The notes beneath the pieces are model-generated. The model searched no databases and had not been told where the DNA came from. It saw only the letters and a list, made by a program, of their open reading frames with translations. A stretch of 63,999 nucleotides of DNA, the filler included, from Sanchytrium tribonematis (lineage: Eukaryota), in NCBI GenBank assembly GCA_018985235.1. It is 22 parts of 22 records of this genome, joined end to end, with 100 filler letters (N's around TTAATTAATTAA, not from the genome) between each part and the next. Parts side by side here need not be neighbours in the genome. Positions count along the whole stretch, not along the records: positions 21,698 to 23,114 come from JADGIG010001290.1; positions 23,215 to 24,625 come from JADGIG010001291.1; positions 24,726 to 26,135 come from JADGIG010001292.1; positions 26,236 to 27,638 come from JADGIG010001293.1; positions 27,739 to 29,138 come from JADGIG010001294.1; positions 29,239 to 30,638 come from JADGIG010001295.1; positions 30,739 to 32,137 come from JADGIG010001296.1; positions 32,238 to 33,636 come from JADGIG010001297.1; 14 more parts are not named here. One strand, 5' to 3'. Both the position numbers and the translations under genes were made by a program. Numbering within the stretch: the stretch's first letter is position 1; every line of letters starts with the position of its first letter. Positions 22,465 to 34,990 of the stretch are shown here, one piece after another.

Positions 22465-23114
22465 CTAAAGTTCTTTAAATACTTGATTAACATAATTATC
22501 GATTCTTTGCTTAACTTCTTCTTTCTTTCGCTCAGTTTTTAGTTGCTCCTGATTGATTTGCTCGCATTGAATGGACTGATTGATGACAATATTTTCCAAT
22601 GCAGCTAAAATTATATCTTTAAATTTCAAGAAAGTTATGACTCCCTTCTTAATAGGGTATGTGCCACCTTTACCATACTCAAAACCTACCACGCACTCGA
22701 CAAAGTCTAAATCTAGTTTTTGGCAAACCTCTTTTGCCTCATTATAAGGTATGTGGCAACAAAGAACAGGAATCATACTGGGGTGATATATCTCTATATT
22801 ATTAAATTGATTTTTGGGGATCTTGCCATCAACTAATGCTGGAGGCTGGATCATTTCTGTTTGTTCCTCTGCGAATAATCTATACTCTTTCACACCAAGT
22901 TCATCAATTTCCGATATTTTTCTTTTTCTTCTAGTTAATATTTCCAAAGGCAATTCCCCATTTTTCACACGTTTGCCAATGCGAAGCCATTTATCCTCGG
23001 TATACAAATTTTCTAATTGAGATTTTCTATAAACATCAATCCCTTTTACAACTCCTATTGGGGATTCGCTTTTGCGGATCCTTTTATAGATTGGTATTTT
23101 GTTCGAAATAACAT
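22465..23114 (-). CDS. RAD4: Rad4/XPC C-terminal (BHD2-BHD3) fragment
   Basis: LYTEDKWLRIGKRVK, LFAEEQTE, DGKIPKNQFNNIEIY, VVGFEY..G..YP..KG. Confidence 0.88.
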
Positions 23115-23214
23115 NNNNNNNNNNNNNNNNNNNNNNNNNNNNNNNNNNNNNNNNNNNNTTAATTAATTAANNNNNNNNNNNNNNNNNNNNNNNNNNNNNN
23201 NNNNNNNNNNNNNN

Positions 23215-23308
23215 AACATTGGCACGCATCACATTTTACTCCATTTTGGCAGCACCCACAGCATTGACATGTCTTACAATTGCATTCAATCAATAAATTT
23301 GATTTCAT
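23215..23308 (-). CDS. Cys-rich peptide start (metallothionein- or CXC-like), 3'-partial
   Basis: MKSNLLIECNCKTCQCCGCCQNGVKCDACQC. Confidence 0.4.
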
Positions 23309-23556
23309 TTTATAATTTAAAATGATCGTGAGTTTATATAGACTATTGAACCAATTAAAAATCACTCGATTTAAAACAGAATGAAATGAGAGAGAATTGA
23401 TTGGATGGAAATGAAATCTAGAAGCATCTTGTGGATTTATAATAGAGTGAATTTTAATTGGTTTATTAAACTGGTGAATTATCATTACAAAAAGTTCTTT
23501 TCTTAAAACAAGTGTTTTTCACCAATCCAAAACAACCATTTCCACTGATCATTAAT

Positions 23557-24336
23557 TTATTCATCTTTCTCCAATGTGATGTTGCGCATTATATTTTCTA
23601 AAGAATCCATTTTATAAGTAAGAGGTGATATTTGAAAATCAAAATACAGTTTAAACTCGTATGCTTTCAATAATTCCACTTCTTTTATAACATTGAATGA
23701 ATCAGATACTAAATATGTCCGATTTTGATGAAATACGGCTCTAAAATATTGCAAATTTTGACCCTTTTGCAAAAATATGATTTGGGGAAATGTGGCTGAT
23801 CTTGCAGTTAGAATTTGTTTAGAATCTAAAAGAATAGGCTTACTTGGTTCCCAGTCAATATACCAATCTAATAAATAGTCTAACATAGTCTTAATTGATT
23901 TAGTGGAGTTTTGAACCTGGTGAGAAGAATAAACAAAACTTTGATTGTTAGTGTTTCTGAAATTTCTTTGATTATAATAGTATTTTAAAAGTCCATTTTC
24001 GGTAATAATTCCAACATATGCTGAATACATGTTTGGGGTTGAATTTAAGTAGTTAATTACTTCCGATTTAAATACATCAAAATCAAGATATTTCGTCCAA
24101 TAATACTCTGCATGGTGTCTGGGATATCTAATCTTCCAATATCCATCAAATTTGATTTGTATTTCTATCGTGATTGTGTTATTGTGTGAAGATTCTATAT
24201 TTAATACAATTGGCATTTCTTTTCTAATTTTACCAGCAAGAACATGAAATCCCAATTTATATGCGATAGTGAATGACTGTTGTGCTACTAAATATGCCAA
24301 ATCAATTGGAACTTGAATTGGATCTGGCTTTGTCAT
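23557..24336 (-). CDS. Hypothetical protein
   Basis: 259-aa ATG-initiated ORF, stop fused to AATAAA. Confidence 0.55.
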   Translation of the reverse strand: MTKPDPIQVPIDLAYLVAQQSFTIAYKLGFHVLAGKIRKEMPIVLNIESSHNNTITIEIQIKFDGYWKIRYPRHHAEYYWTKYLDFDVFKSEVINYLNSTPNMYSAYVGIITENGLLKYYYNQRNFRNTNNQSFVYSSHQVQNSTKSIKTMLDYLLDWYIDWEPSKPILLDSKQILTARSATFPQIIFLQKGQNLQYFRAVFHQNRTYLVSDSFNVIKEVELLKAYEFKLYFDFQISPLTYKMDSLENIMRNITLEKDE

Positions 24337-24725
24337 CTCCCATTTCTCCTATTTTAAATTTAAACAAGGATTTATTTATTGTTTTTCAATATCTATATGC
24401 ATTAAAACATGCTCTATATTCTTGTATGCATATTTTAATGGTGAAATTCGTTGAATCCCGTAAAATAATTCAAATTCTGTTCTTGTCACATCAATCTCTT
24501 TTGCGACGTTTTTTTTAATAATAATATAATTTATTCTTTGATGGTTTTTTTGTCAAAACAATGCCCACCAATCAGTTCCGGCATTAAGCAGGGGTAATTA
24601 AGTTCTTGAGTGATTTTAATAAATCNNNNNNNNNNNNNNNNNNNNNNNNNNNNNNNNNNNNNNNNNNNNTTAATTAATTAANNNNNNNNNNNNNNNNNNN
24701 NNNNNNNNNNNNNNNNNNNNNNNNN

Positions 24726-26135
24726 GCTAAAATAATTGTCTTTATTTAATTCCTTTCCAACTAAGACCTGTGCCAAGTCTCTACTCACACCAAATCTAAT
24801 AAATTCATCTGCTTGACTTTTTAATGCCCTAATTCTTGTTTCATGGTCCACAATGCTCTGATTGTTTTCCATTTGTCGTTGCTCTATAATACTAATCATG
24901 GCTGCACCTTCTTCTGCTACTTTTTTAGCTTTCTCGTCTCTCAATCGCATTAAACGCGTCTCTTCTGGCGTATTTATCACATTTACAACATTTCCCTCGT
25001 ATTCTGCTTGTATTTTCTTTTCTTCGTCACTAACACGGGCACTAATACCCAGTTTAGCACTCTCAGGTTGCTGGGAAAGACTCAAAAGCTCCGCTAAAGT
25101 CTTTTCAAGATCACTTAACAACATTTATTTCTATACACTAACTTTTTGAGCTGTCTTGGGGGTTCTCTACCCATTTTATACCCTTAATCACGTGCTGGTC
25201 ATCCAACACGTGCTCATCATCTGGTCCAAACAATTCAGGAAATGGTGGCCTGTCATTTGTGATGACTCCTGAGCCACTTCTTGACATCCCCCGAGTCATC
25301 ACACTTGACAATCCAAGTCTTTTTATCATAGAAGTAGTTGTACTAATCAAATTGCCATCATTTTCATTTTTGATTGTCACATAATTGTCATCTAATTTTA
25401 CAATTACAAATGGTCCTGTAGCTTTGTTAGACATTTTATTTGGTCTCTTGTCCATCCAATACAATACTCGATCACCAATTTTAAAGATTTGAGTGGTTTT
25501 ACCATTTCTTTTACTTGTAGACGTAATTTTTCTGACATATTTCAAAACTCTCAGGGTTTGAATAACAGATATTTTCTCTATAATTACCTCATTTACATAT
25601 TCTAATTCTTGCTGCGACAGATACTTTCCTTTTATAGAGTCACTTCCACTTACATTCAATAATTCAATTGGTGAAAGCCGTTCCGAATCCATAATAGATT
25701 GTTAATAGCATATTCTACGTATCCAATCACATCTACCCATGATTTCTCTCTCAAATCCCCGTTATACTTGCAAACAACTCTCAACATGCCCAACACTGTT
25801 CTATTCAACCGCTCGGTTGGATTCGAGCGATGCAAATAGGGTGTTGTGTAATGGCATTTGAGGATTTTGTTAGATTTTAAAGCCAAATCCACTATAAATG
25901 ACTTCAATTTCACGAATGATGCAGCATTATCCATAATTAATACTTCTGGGAATGGAATTACACTAAAAACGGATATCATTGCTTTTTCTAAGGTAGTCAC
26001 TTCTTCATTTGGAAGTTCAATAATTCTCACGAAAGAAGAGAATGTATCTCCCACTACCAATGCTTTACCCACTATATCGCCAAGGTCGTTTTCTTCATTT
26101 ATTAAATGCAATACATCCATACTAACAATTTGAAA
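24726..26135 (-). mobile_element. Degenerate retroviral-type (Ty3/Gypsy- or Ginger-like) integrase plus a downstream ORF
   Basis: SMDVL, PEVLIMDNAASF, TPYLHRSNPTERLNRTV (DDE core); SH3-like FKIGDRVLY...GPFVIV; frameshift near 25670; second ORF 25124->24726. Confidence 0.8.
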
Positions 26136-26235
26136 NNNNNNNNNNNNNNNNNNNNNNNNNNNNNNNNNNNNNNNNNNNNTTAATTAATTAANNNNNNNNN
26201 NNNNNNNNNNNNNNNNNNNNNNNNNNNNNNNNNNN

Positions 26236-26507
26236 TGACATAAATCACCTGATTTGGAAATCCATGGGTTTTCTGGTGCTTTGACGGCAGTGTCAATGCA
26301 AATGCAACTAATTTGATCATTTTGATCTACTTTGCAGACATCTCCTTCAGCTACTGCAATGGATTTGGCATCACATCCTACTTTTTGCCAGTTAGGATTG
26401 GCAATATTCGTGCAAAAAACTTGTGCTTCTTTGGTGTTATCGATGGCGCATGCATAGGTTTCTGATGCTGCGTATTGAATGGCATTTGGAAAGGTAAGAG
26501 TGTTCAT
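26236..26507 (-). CDS. Cys-containing beta-repeat protein (tectonin/propeller-lectin-like), 3'-partial
   Basis: Repeating CAID..VFC..NPNW and C.VD..ISC..NPW units. Confidence 0.4.
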
Positions 26508-27738
26508 TGTTTATTTAAGAGGGTTGAGAGCGTTTAAATACGATGCCACAGACAGACACAGACATGATTTAGACAACGGGTAAATCCCAAGGGAGTTTTG
26601 ATTGGATACAGAATATCTGAATTATAGAGATTGTCTGATTGTTAATTGGCAAGTCTGTGGTTATTTTGCGCAAAATCTGGGAGTTAAACTAGTAAAATGG
26701 GAGCATGATTGAATTATTTGGATAATTTGCAATTACTATTGGATGAAGAGATGGGTCATCCAGGCAATAACACATGATATCTGTTTTGTGAATGTTTCTT
26801 TTAGGTTATATATAAGCTGCTTGATGTTGAATGCGGATAGAAAATGATTTCGTTTCAAAAAATAATGATTAAAATGTGTTTTCAGTTTATTTCTAAAAAG
26901 AATGCAGTATTACGAGTGCCACACATCCAGAATATTCCTTCAAGTCATCCAATATAAAAACATTGCCCATTTCATTTAACTCATTACTCACAACACCAAT
27001 CAATGCATGTCACAGGTCTAATTATCTATTGTCACTTCTATGACATGACTTGGGATGCAAATTAGCCCTATTTATACTCCCAAATGCCCGTTATATGTTG
27101 ATGCAACCACCTCATCCCCATCCCTTTCAAATATTGGAATGGACATTTAAAAAAGATACCAATAATTTAAGAACCAAGATATTAATACGAAATACATCCA
27201 TGATCGTGTTGAAATTATACCCAGTGCATTATTTGGTATATAAAAAGATACCTCAATATAGATTAAAATACCAGTTGCGCGAATTAGTGAAGCAAGGATT
27301 GACGACTGAAGCAGATATTGAAAGTGAGTTTAGTCGAATTTAATAAATTAGTGATTTTCAATGCATCAAGATGATTCTGCTAATTTGCTACCTGAGATCG
27401 AATACGCCTAACACGTCTCATTTGTATTATTGGTTTGAGAATTAAACGTGCTCAAATGATGATTGGATGAGTGAAGCGACGCTCTACGTATTTATTATAC
27501 ATTCCCCAAAGTATTTGCTAATCATGATTCGTGCTATAAGTCTAGTCGTTTTGATTATATCTGTTTTTTACTTTTCAACAGGTAGTGATTCAAGTGAGAA
27601 ACAAACTCGTGCCCCTTTGCAGTCCACCCTAGTCTGCANNNNNNNNNNNNNNNNNNNNNNNNNNNNNNNNNNNNNNNNNNNNTTAATTAATTAANNNNNN
27701 NNNNNNNNNNNNNNNNNNNNNNNNNNNNNNNNNNNNNN

Positions 27739-28110
27739 GACGGAATGTTGCTAGAAGACTTTTATAGAAGACAAATGATTGTGTCAGTCACAGATGACAA
27801 ATTTGCTTTACCAATACCAAGAAACTTTAGAATTGAACCTAGTTGCCCAAATATGGATATTCAAGTCTCGGAAATGCTGCTCAAAAATATATTCAAATAT
27901 TTTTTTAATTTATTTCAATTCCAATATAGAAATGAACAAACTGTTACTAATGTCTTGAGGAATTATCGTACTCCATTGATGGCAACGTTATATCAAGATT
28001 ATGATGACGTAGAGGTTATTCAAAAGGCACTTTACGAACTTGTAACCTACAACATGTTGGATATGTACAAATACAAAGAAGTTGTATATTTCAAAGCAAG
28101 AGATTCATAA
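27739..28110 (+). CDS. C-terminal fragment of an unknown protein
   Basis: Open from the contig edge, ends TAATAAA 25 bp before LeuA. Confidence 0.45.
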   Translation, partial: DGMLLEDFYRRQMIVSVTDDKFALPIPRNFRIEPSCPNMDIQVSEMLLKNIFKYFFNLFQFQYRNEQTVTNVLRNYRTPLMATLYQDYDDVEVIQKALYELVTYNMLDMYKYKEVVYFKARDS

Positions 28111-28135
28111 TAAATTTTGTTACTGAAACATTTTA

Positions 28136-29138
28136 ATGAGCAAAGAAAAACTGGTAATATTTGACACAACATTACGAGATGGCGAGCAGAGCCCAGGAGT
28201 CACCTTGGATACTCAAGAAAAGATTAAAATAGCTAAACAATTAAGTATTTTGGGCGTTGATGTTTGCGAGGCTGGATTTCCTGTGGCAAGTGTTGGGGAT
28301 TTTGAGAGTGTCAAATCCATTGCAACCATAGTGGGAAACATAAATGATGGCAGAAAGGAACCTATGACCATATGTGCATTGGCCAGGGCAACAAATAAGG
28401 ATATCGAAACTGCAGCGAAAGCAATAGAACCAGCAAAAAATAAGCGGATTCACACGTTTTTGGCAACGTCCGATTTGCATCTAAAATACAAGCTTAAGAT
28501 CTCCAGAGAGGAATGCATTACCAAGGCAGTAAATGCAGTCAAGTTGGCAAAGTCTTTTGTCAATGATGTTGAGTTTAGCTGCGAAGATGCTGCCAGATCT
28601 GACAGGGACTTCTTATGTCAGGTGATACAGGAAGTAATCAAAGCAGGTGCTACTACGTTGAACATCCCCGACACCGTTGGCTATATGCAGCCAGAGCAGT
28701 ATGGAAGTCTTATTAAATACTTAATCGATAATACGCCAGGTAGTGAAAATGTGATCTGGAGTAATTTAATTCTTACGTAGGCACACACTGTCATAATGAT
28801 CTAGGACTAGCGACAGCTAACACCTTGGCTGGAGTCAAGAATGGTGCTAGGCAAGTTGAAGTCACGATTAATGGGATAGGTGAGCGGGCTGGAAATACTT
28901 CATTGGAAGAAATAGCCATGACCCTTTATGTTCATGAGAAATCCTCTCAAGTCTATACCGACATTGTTAAAAATGAGATTTATAAAACAAGTCAACTGGT
29001 CAAAAATTTTACAGGAATGGTAATACAGCCAAACAAAGCGATTGTTGGTAAAAATGCTTTTGCCCACGAATCAGGAATACACCAGGATGGTGTTCTCAAA
29101 AATGCAGAGACTTACGAGATTATAAATCCAGAGATAGT
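28136..29138 (+). CDS. leuA: 2-isopropylmalate synthase, bacterial/plant-type LeuA, 3'-partial, one intron
   Basis: [19 protein letters not shown], spliced [37 protein letters not shown]. Confidence 0.95.
28761..28780 (+). other. 20-nt intron GTAATTTAATTCTTACGTAG
   Basis: Removal restores [10 protein letters not shown]. Confidence 0.93.
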
Positions 29139-29238
29139 NNNNNNNNNNNNNNNNNNNNNNNNNNNNNNNNNNNNNNNNNNNNTTAATTAATTAANNNNNN
29201 NNNNNNNNNNNNNNNNNNNNNNNNNNNNNNNNNNNNNN

Positions 29239-30218
29239 TGACCGTGAGTAAATCCCTTGTAGACCATTTTAGATCGTAAATAAAATACAATGCCACATAC
29301 TAAATAGGGTAAAAATGCATTCATCCATACAGAAAAGGATAAACCAGGTTGTGGTTCAAAATGCGTGTTATTATCAGGCACATATGGATTATAACACGAA
29401 TAGCAGACTGTGGGTGGCACATACGTCGTGGTATTTGGTAAATTGGATTGTGTGGGAATAGGTGTTTTCAAATCATAAATTGAGCAATAATCTTGTAAAT
29501 AAGAGACGGATTCATAAGTCATGTAGTATTCAGATCCAATACTACAAGATTGTAGATTAAATGGCATTAAAATGTTGACATGTTCAATTAATGTTTGATA
29601 CAAATAAATGGAATTTAAACTAGTTGCAGTTAAATTGCCAGATATAGCCACATTATACAGTGCAATAGACTCTAAACTATCTGGTAATACTTGTAAATTA
29701 CCTTTTAATTTAGTAGGGACATAATAACCATAATACTCTTGACTAATAGCGAGAGATTTCATTCCAGTTGGGAAGATTGGTAGTTGACCAGATAGTTCAT
29801 TCATTTGTACGAGTGCCAATGTACTTAAATGAGTGATATCTGGGATATTTCCATTTAAATTGAGATGATAAAATGACAAATCAGTGATTTGAGAGGGGAT
29901 GTTTGGAAATGGACCCGAAATGGAGGGATAATCTATTAAATGGAGTACTTTAAGACTGGATGGGAGTGTATCTAATACTAAATGGTCAGTATCTAGTAGA
30001 ATATCTTGAGAATACCAGATAATGGAAATCACACCCGTTGAATCGCATTTGACACCTTGAGCAATGCAGCAATTCTTTAATAATTGCTTCAACACGCGTT
30101 GATTCTCTTTATATTTGTGAATATTTAATGAAATACCAAATTCAATGACATTTTGACAGGAAATGACAGACATTTTGAATGTGGCTTGTGAAATAAATAA
30201 AATATAATGACACACCAT
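29239..30218 (-). CDS. Plant-type LRR receptor-like surface protein with S/T/P stalk and TM segment
   Basis: NCC..GVKC cap, LPSSLKVLHL, LNGNIP, NELSGQLP, stalk, TM SVWMNAFLPYLVCGIVFYL. Confidence 0.7.
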
Positions 30219-30305
30219 GTGGGATAATGGGTTAATGCATCTGCTGTGCCATGTTGCTATTATGAAAAATAATAAAATGAAATCGAGAGGGAGAAGATTT
30301 GTGAC

Positions 30306-30638
30306 ATGCCGACATGTTTGATTACAGGAGCAAATCGCGGAATTGGATTAGAATTCGCAAAGCAGCTCAACCAACTGAATTATGATGTGATTGGTACTGC
30401 AAGAGATCCATCTAAAGCTACAGAACTAGCAAAGATTGCCAAAGTGATTCCATTAGATGTGGCAGATTCAAAATCCATCTCAGAATTGCCAAATCACATC
30501 AAACAGCCAATTGACTTGCTCATCAACAATTCTGGTGTATTATTAAAAGATAATCTGCCAAATATCAACCAGGATAGTCTCTTGCAGCAATTTACAGTGA
30601 ATTCCATTGGTCCCATTTTAATTGCACAATCTTTGCTG
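30306..30638 (+). CDS. Short-chain dehydrogenase/reductase, CsgA/C-factor-like, 3'-partial
   Basis: LITGANRGIGLEF, LDV, IDLLINNSGV, FTVNSIGP. Confidence 0.9.
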
Positions 30639-30738
30639 NNNNNNNNNNNNNNNNNNNNNNNNNNNNNNNNNNNNNNNNNNNNTTAATTAATTAANNNNNN
30701 NNNNNNNNNNNNNNNNNNNNNNNNNNNNNNNNNNNNNN

Positions 30739-32137
30739 GGGGATAGAAGTAGGGGCGGCGCTTCTTTGGAAGAGATAGCAAAGGGTGAAAGTCAATTGTT
30801 GCAAATTGTTTGCTGTAACATTCATTTCGTTTTTCAATACAACATATCGAGTAGGAATCGCCGTACCTTGTAAACCATTGTGGCTTTGCATGAAAAACTC
30901 GAGATGTTTTCCAGTAATCTCGCTGTCAACTACAAGTCCATTCTTCAAGTTTCCATTTTTAGATGTGATTTTTGGATCTTCAGAAAAGAAGCGAGTCTGA
31001 TGGCGTTTAATGCAACAAATGAAAAGAAGCTTTGCGTCAAACTTCAATTTTGACATAGCTTGCTTCATTGCTAAAATTTCTTTTGCACCATATGTGTCAA
31101 ATTGGCCCTCTGACAAGCCATCTCGAAAAACAATCAAATTTTTCGGCATCATTTTTGTTTTTTCCTTAAAGAAAGCAAACAACTCCATAGTGGCCTTGCA
31201 AATGACCTCGGAAGTATCCTCACCATCTACCTCGTGAAATACGCTACGCATCTCATAAAAACCAGAGTTGACAGTTCCCACAAAACTAGCAGTGCTCTTT
31301 TGTCCAGATCTAGAACTGATTTCATCCCCATGAGACACGTCAATTCCAACAATCATGGTCGGTTCCTTTTGGAATGGACCGTAACTGGATTTGTCCAATT
31401 CCCAAGCAGCACATCTTTTGCCTTTATTCTACGTTAAATTACATTACATAACTTAATTTCTCATTGATTTTGAGTAAAAGGTTTGTACAATACTGTGGAT
31501 TCACAGTAATTCTTCCTCTAATCTCCTTAAATTTGGCGCCATCAAGAAACTGAGTTAAAATAATACTTCCGCCAAAAAAATTTGTAGTCTCAGTCAATCG
31601 TTTCATATGATTGTAAACACTGCACGTTTGTGATGGAGAAATACAAAAGAGAATCTGAGGGATGCTCTTATAAAAGCCACGAGCTGCCGTAGCAGCTTCC
31701 TTCAAAGCTTTTTCTGCAATTTCCTCAAATTGAACATAAGGTCTATTTGGGTTAATTGGACAATCAATAATAATTGGTTTCCCTCCTGGAAACTGCACTC
31801 CGTGGCCTCTGGCCACTTTTTGAATATTCTGAATAAGATTCTGCTCCACACTTTCCTTCGAGACAAAGTGTGTAAAGTTAACGATGGCATAGCTGGTAAT
31901 TGCACATGGGATCGCAAACGGTACATTTCTCAGTTCGATAGCATTGCTGCTACCTAAGCGACCGGCTTTGCCATTTACTAAAGGCTTCGGTGGGTCTAAA
32001 AATCTTCCAGGAATTTTCATCAAATCTCTGTCGATCGAAAATCTTGTATCATTACGAATTTGAAGGCATTCAGTTTTAAGAGCATTCAGAATATACTTCT
32101 TACGATCTTCGGGTCTAAGACAAGTCTCGCGACGGAT
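30739..32137 (-). CDS. Argonaute (MID-PIWI region), partial, one intron
   Basis: NLLLKINEKL, GIDVSH, VFRDGLSEGQF, KRHQTRFF, QSHNGLQGT.P.RY. Confidence 0.93.
31429..31447 (-). other. 19-nt intron GTAATGTAATTTAACGTAG
   Basis: Joins the MID ORF (31439-32023) in frame to the PIWI ORF. Confidence 0.88.
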
Positions 32138-32237
32138 NNNNNNNNNNNNNNNNNNNNNNNNNNNNNNNNNNNNNNNNNNNNTTAATTAATTAANNNNNNN
32201 NNNNNNNNNNNNNNNNNNNNNNNNNNNNNNNNNNNNN

Positions 32238-33636
32238 TTAAAATCACTATTCATAAAGCAAATGTTACATTGCGCTACTGGATATGGAAGGTTTCTCATG
32301 TCGAGACACTTCCGGTATCTGTCAAAAACAAATATCTTAATTGGTTTATTCACGCGATCAAAGAAGAGCAAAGTGAAGATCCCACTCTTCCCTGTAGACT
32401 GAGCATTAAAATCAAGGGCATGGAAATCTTTATATACAATAATTCAGTGTTATATGAAGAACTCAAGAAAAAGGCTCAAAGCATATCCGAAATATCATTA
32501 GATTCTCTCATTGATTCTCCGAATTACGATCCATCATTCTTATTGTGGGTTCTGCCAATTTCCATTCTAGTAAGCAAATTTAACCTAATCATCGGAAACA
32601 AAAGTACAAAACATCTTTTGGCTATTTATGCTAATCAAGTTCAAACTTTAATTTCTTTTAAGTCTTCCACGATGGACAATTACGCTCAAACTATTGCATT
32701 GGATTGTACAAAATGTAATATTAAGCTGATTCCAAACATAGATTCAGAAATGCCTCAAGTTGAGCAAAGTACGGGTACGATTAATATTAACAGAACAGTT
32801 AGAGAAAATAAATTTGGAAACGCCCTACGAAAAATAGGGCGAAAGGTGAGTATGCAGGCAAATGTGCAATATGATAATCTTGACATACCAGATGAAGGCC
32901 ATTGGCACGGTTTGGACAGATATGCTGTCGCCAACCAGCTAACGGTCTCAGAGTACGCAGCCATTTATGACATTTTAAACTGTGACAGCTTGAAAATTTT
33001 TTATCGAATGGATATAATATGCGGTAAATGGAACGCACAAAATATGGAGAGCATCCCACATGACAGTATAACCATCAATGTTCAAAATCCTATCATAAGA
33101 TACGGCCCATTTACAGAAAGAGAACGAAAACGATTTATGAAAAGATACTATTCATATTTTGAAGGTCAACTTCCAGCTTATCTAAAATTGGACGGTTTAA
33201 AACGCTCGGCTTATTATACCGACATTAATCTGGACTTTTCCGGTTTAATTGATTTTAGATTCCCATTTCGTAATTTCACACAAGACGGTGTTAATGCGTC
33301 TGATGTATCTCAAATGCCATATAGCTGGATTGACATTAAATCTTCAACATCGGCAAAATTTAATACGAGACTACACCATTTTAAAGGAGAAAGAGAAGAT
33401 TTTTCCGTTCATGGAACACTTAATGATATTGAATTTAAGACTTCATATAATCACGAAACTTTTATAAATGCTAAGCAAATGCAATTTGCTTTTAACTCGT
33501 CATATGGAAATCCTTCCGAAAATCAAGTCGAACTTCATTTGACGGATTTTGACGGATTTTGTATGGGAGATCACGTAGTATATTTTACAGATGCATTTAT
33601 GGACTACCTGATTTACGAGGATTCTATACCCAACTT
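32238..33636 (+). CDS. CSF1: Csf1/BLTP1 (KIAA1109) bridge-like lipid-transfer protein, internal fragment
   Basis: RYW, LPCRL.I...G.E.FIYN....Y, LPI, WHGLDRY, EYA, I.YGP..ER.R. Confidence 0.75.
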
Positions 33637-33736
33637 NNNNNNNNNNNNNNNNNNNNNNNNNNNNNNNNNNNNNNNNNNNNTTAATTAATTAANNNNNNNN
33701 NNNNNNNNNNNNNNNNNNNNNNNNNNNNNNNNNNNN

Positions 33737-34974
33737 TTAATGAGAATAGTTCTCAGACAGACTATGCAGATATTTTCACACAATTTAACATTAAAGTGCA
33801 TTCGAAAAGTACCCAAAATCCTGTGTGGAACCCATGGGCGCTTACAGAAACAAAAATTGATACAGAAACTGAATTAACAGAAATGAGGACATGGAATGAT
33901 ATATTGGGAGACAGAGCATATTTGATGGACAGTTTACTTTTTAGTAGATCCTACTTAATAGATGCTGAATCTGCTAAAATTTTCACAACAAACGATTTAT
34001 TCACTAGAAAAATTAAAGGATCACGGGTATTATACGATTCTGAGATACCTGGCAGATGCTTTAGCTTTAGTAACGCCATGATTTTTAAGGGGGATCATGT
34101 TGTTTTTTCCAGCGTATTTAAATTTCACTTGGTTAAATCTTTTTGGTTTAATGGGGTGACGTACTTCATTGGAGCCACTGAAACTGGTATTTTGGAGATT
34201 ATTAGATTTCGTCCCTTTGGAATATCTCATAGAGTGGCACTTGTCAACTCCCGTGGATCGGTAAGGAAAATGTTTGGAACCACAAAGACTATATATGCTT
34301 TGCATGGTAATGAAATAAGCGCATTATCACTGGAAAGTTTTAATAGAGGAGAGATAAAAATAGACTATCTGCAATTTGATCTCTACATAGCAGACGCATC
34401 TGTAGTGGATGATGAGCTTATACTAACAGATGGTTTACAAATTTTTAAAGCAGATCAAAAAAGACAGTTTAAATTAGATTCCAGATGTTGTGCATTACAT
34501 GCTGGCGGCATATCTCAAAGCACCTTTGGAGACGTATTTTGTATATCTACCGGTGAGAATCTGCTTTTTTTATTCAATTCAAATTCTAAAATCTTATGTC
34601 ATTATGTTTGGAATGGTTTGCACATTATACTAAACAAGACTTCTTTATTTGTAAAACATACCGAAGATCTATTCACATTAAAATATTCCCTTGATTTCGA
34701 GGCCGACTTTGGAATGATAGTAAAATTGAAAAGTTGTATTAGAATATTTCTATCTGAGCGAGTGAAAAACAAATTAAATTTTAAGACAATAGATATATCT
34801 ATGTCTAAACTTTTAGAAGAGCATCGACTTCATCTCTTGAGGCGACAAGTACATATTGTGGAACACGATTTAAAAGAAGTTGAAGGTAAAAACTATCGCT
34901 TGGAGAAAGAGCAGCAGTTCTTTTTACTTCAAGAACAAAAAGAAATGCTTAAAAATATTACAATTTATGAATAA
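33737..34974 (+). CDS. Hypothetical beta-propeller-like protein with C-terminal coiled coil, 5'-partial
   Basis: Long open frame, beta-rich core, helical tail. Confidence 0.55.
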
Positions 34975-34990
34975 AAAGTCATCTACAAAT

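Noticed and set aside
29239..33636. Apparent defence cluster (LRR protein, SDR, Argonaute) and proximity of transposon fragments
   Set aside because: Apart from the LRR/SDR pair, the genes lie on different contigs, so the adjacency is artefactual.
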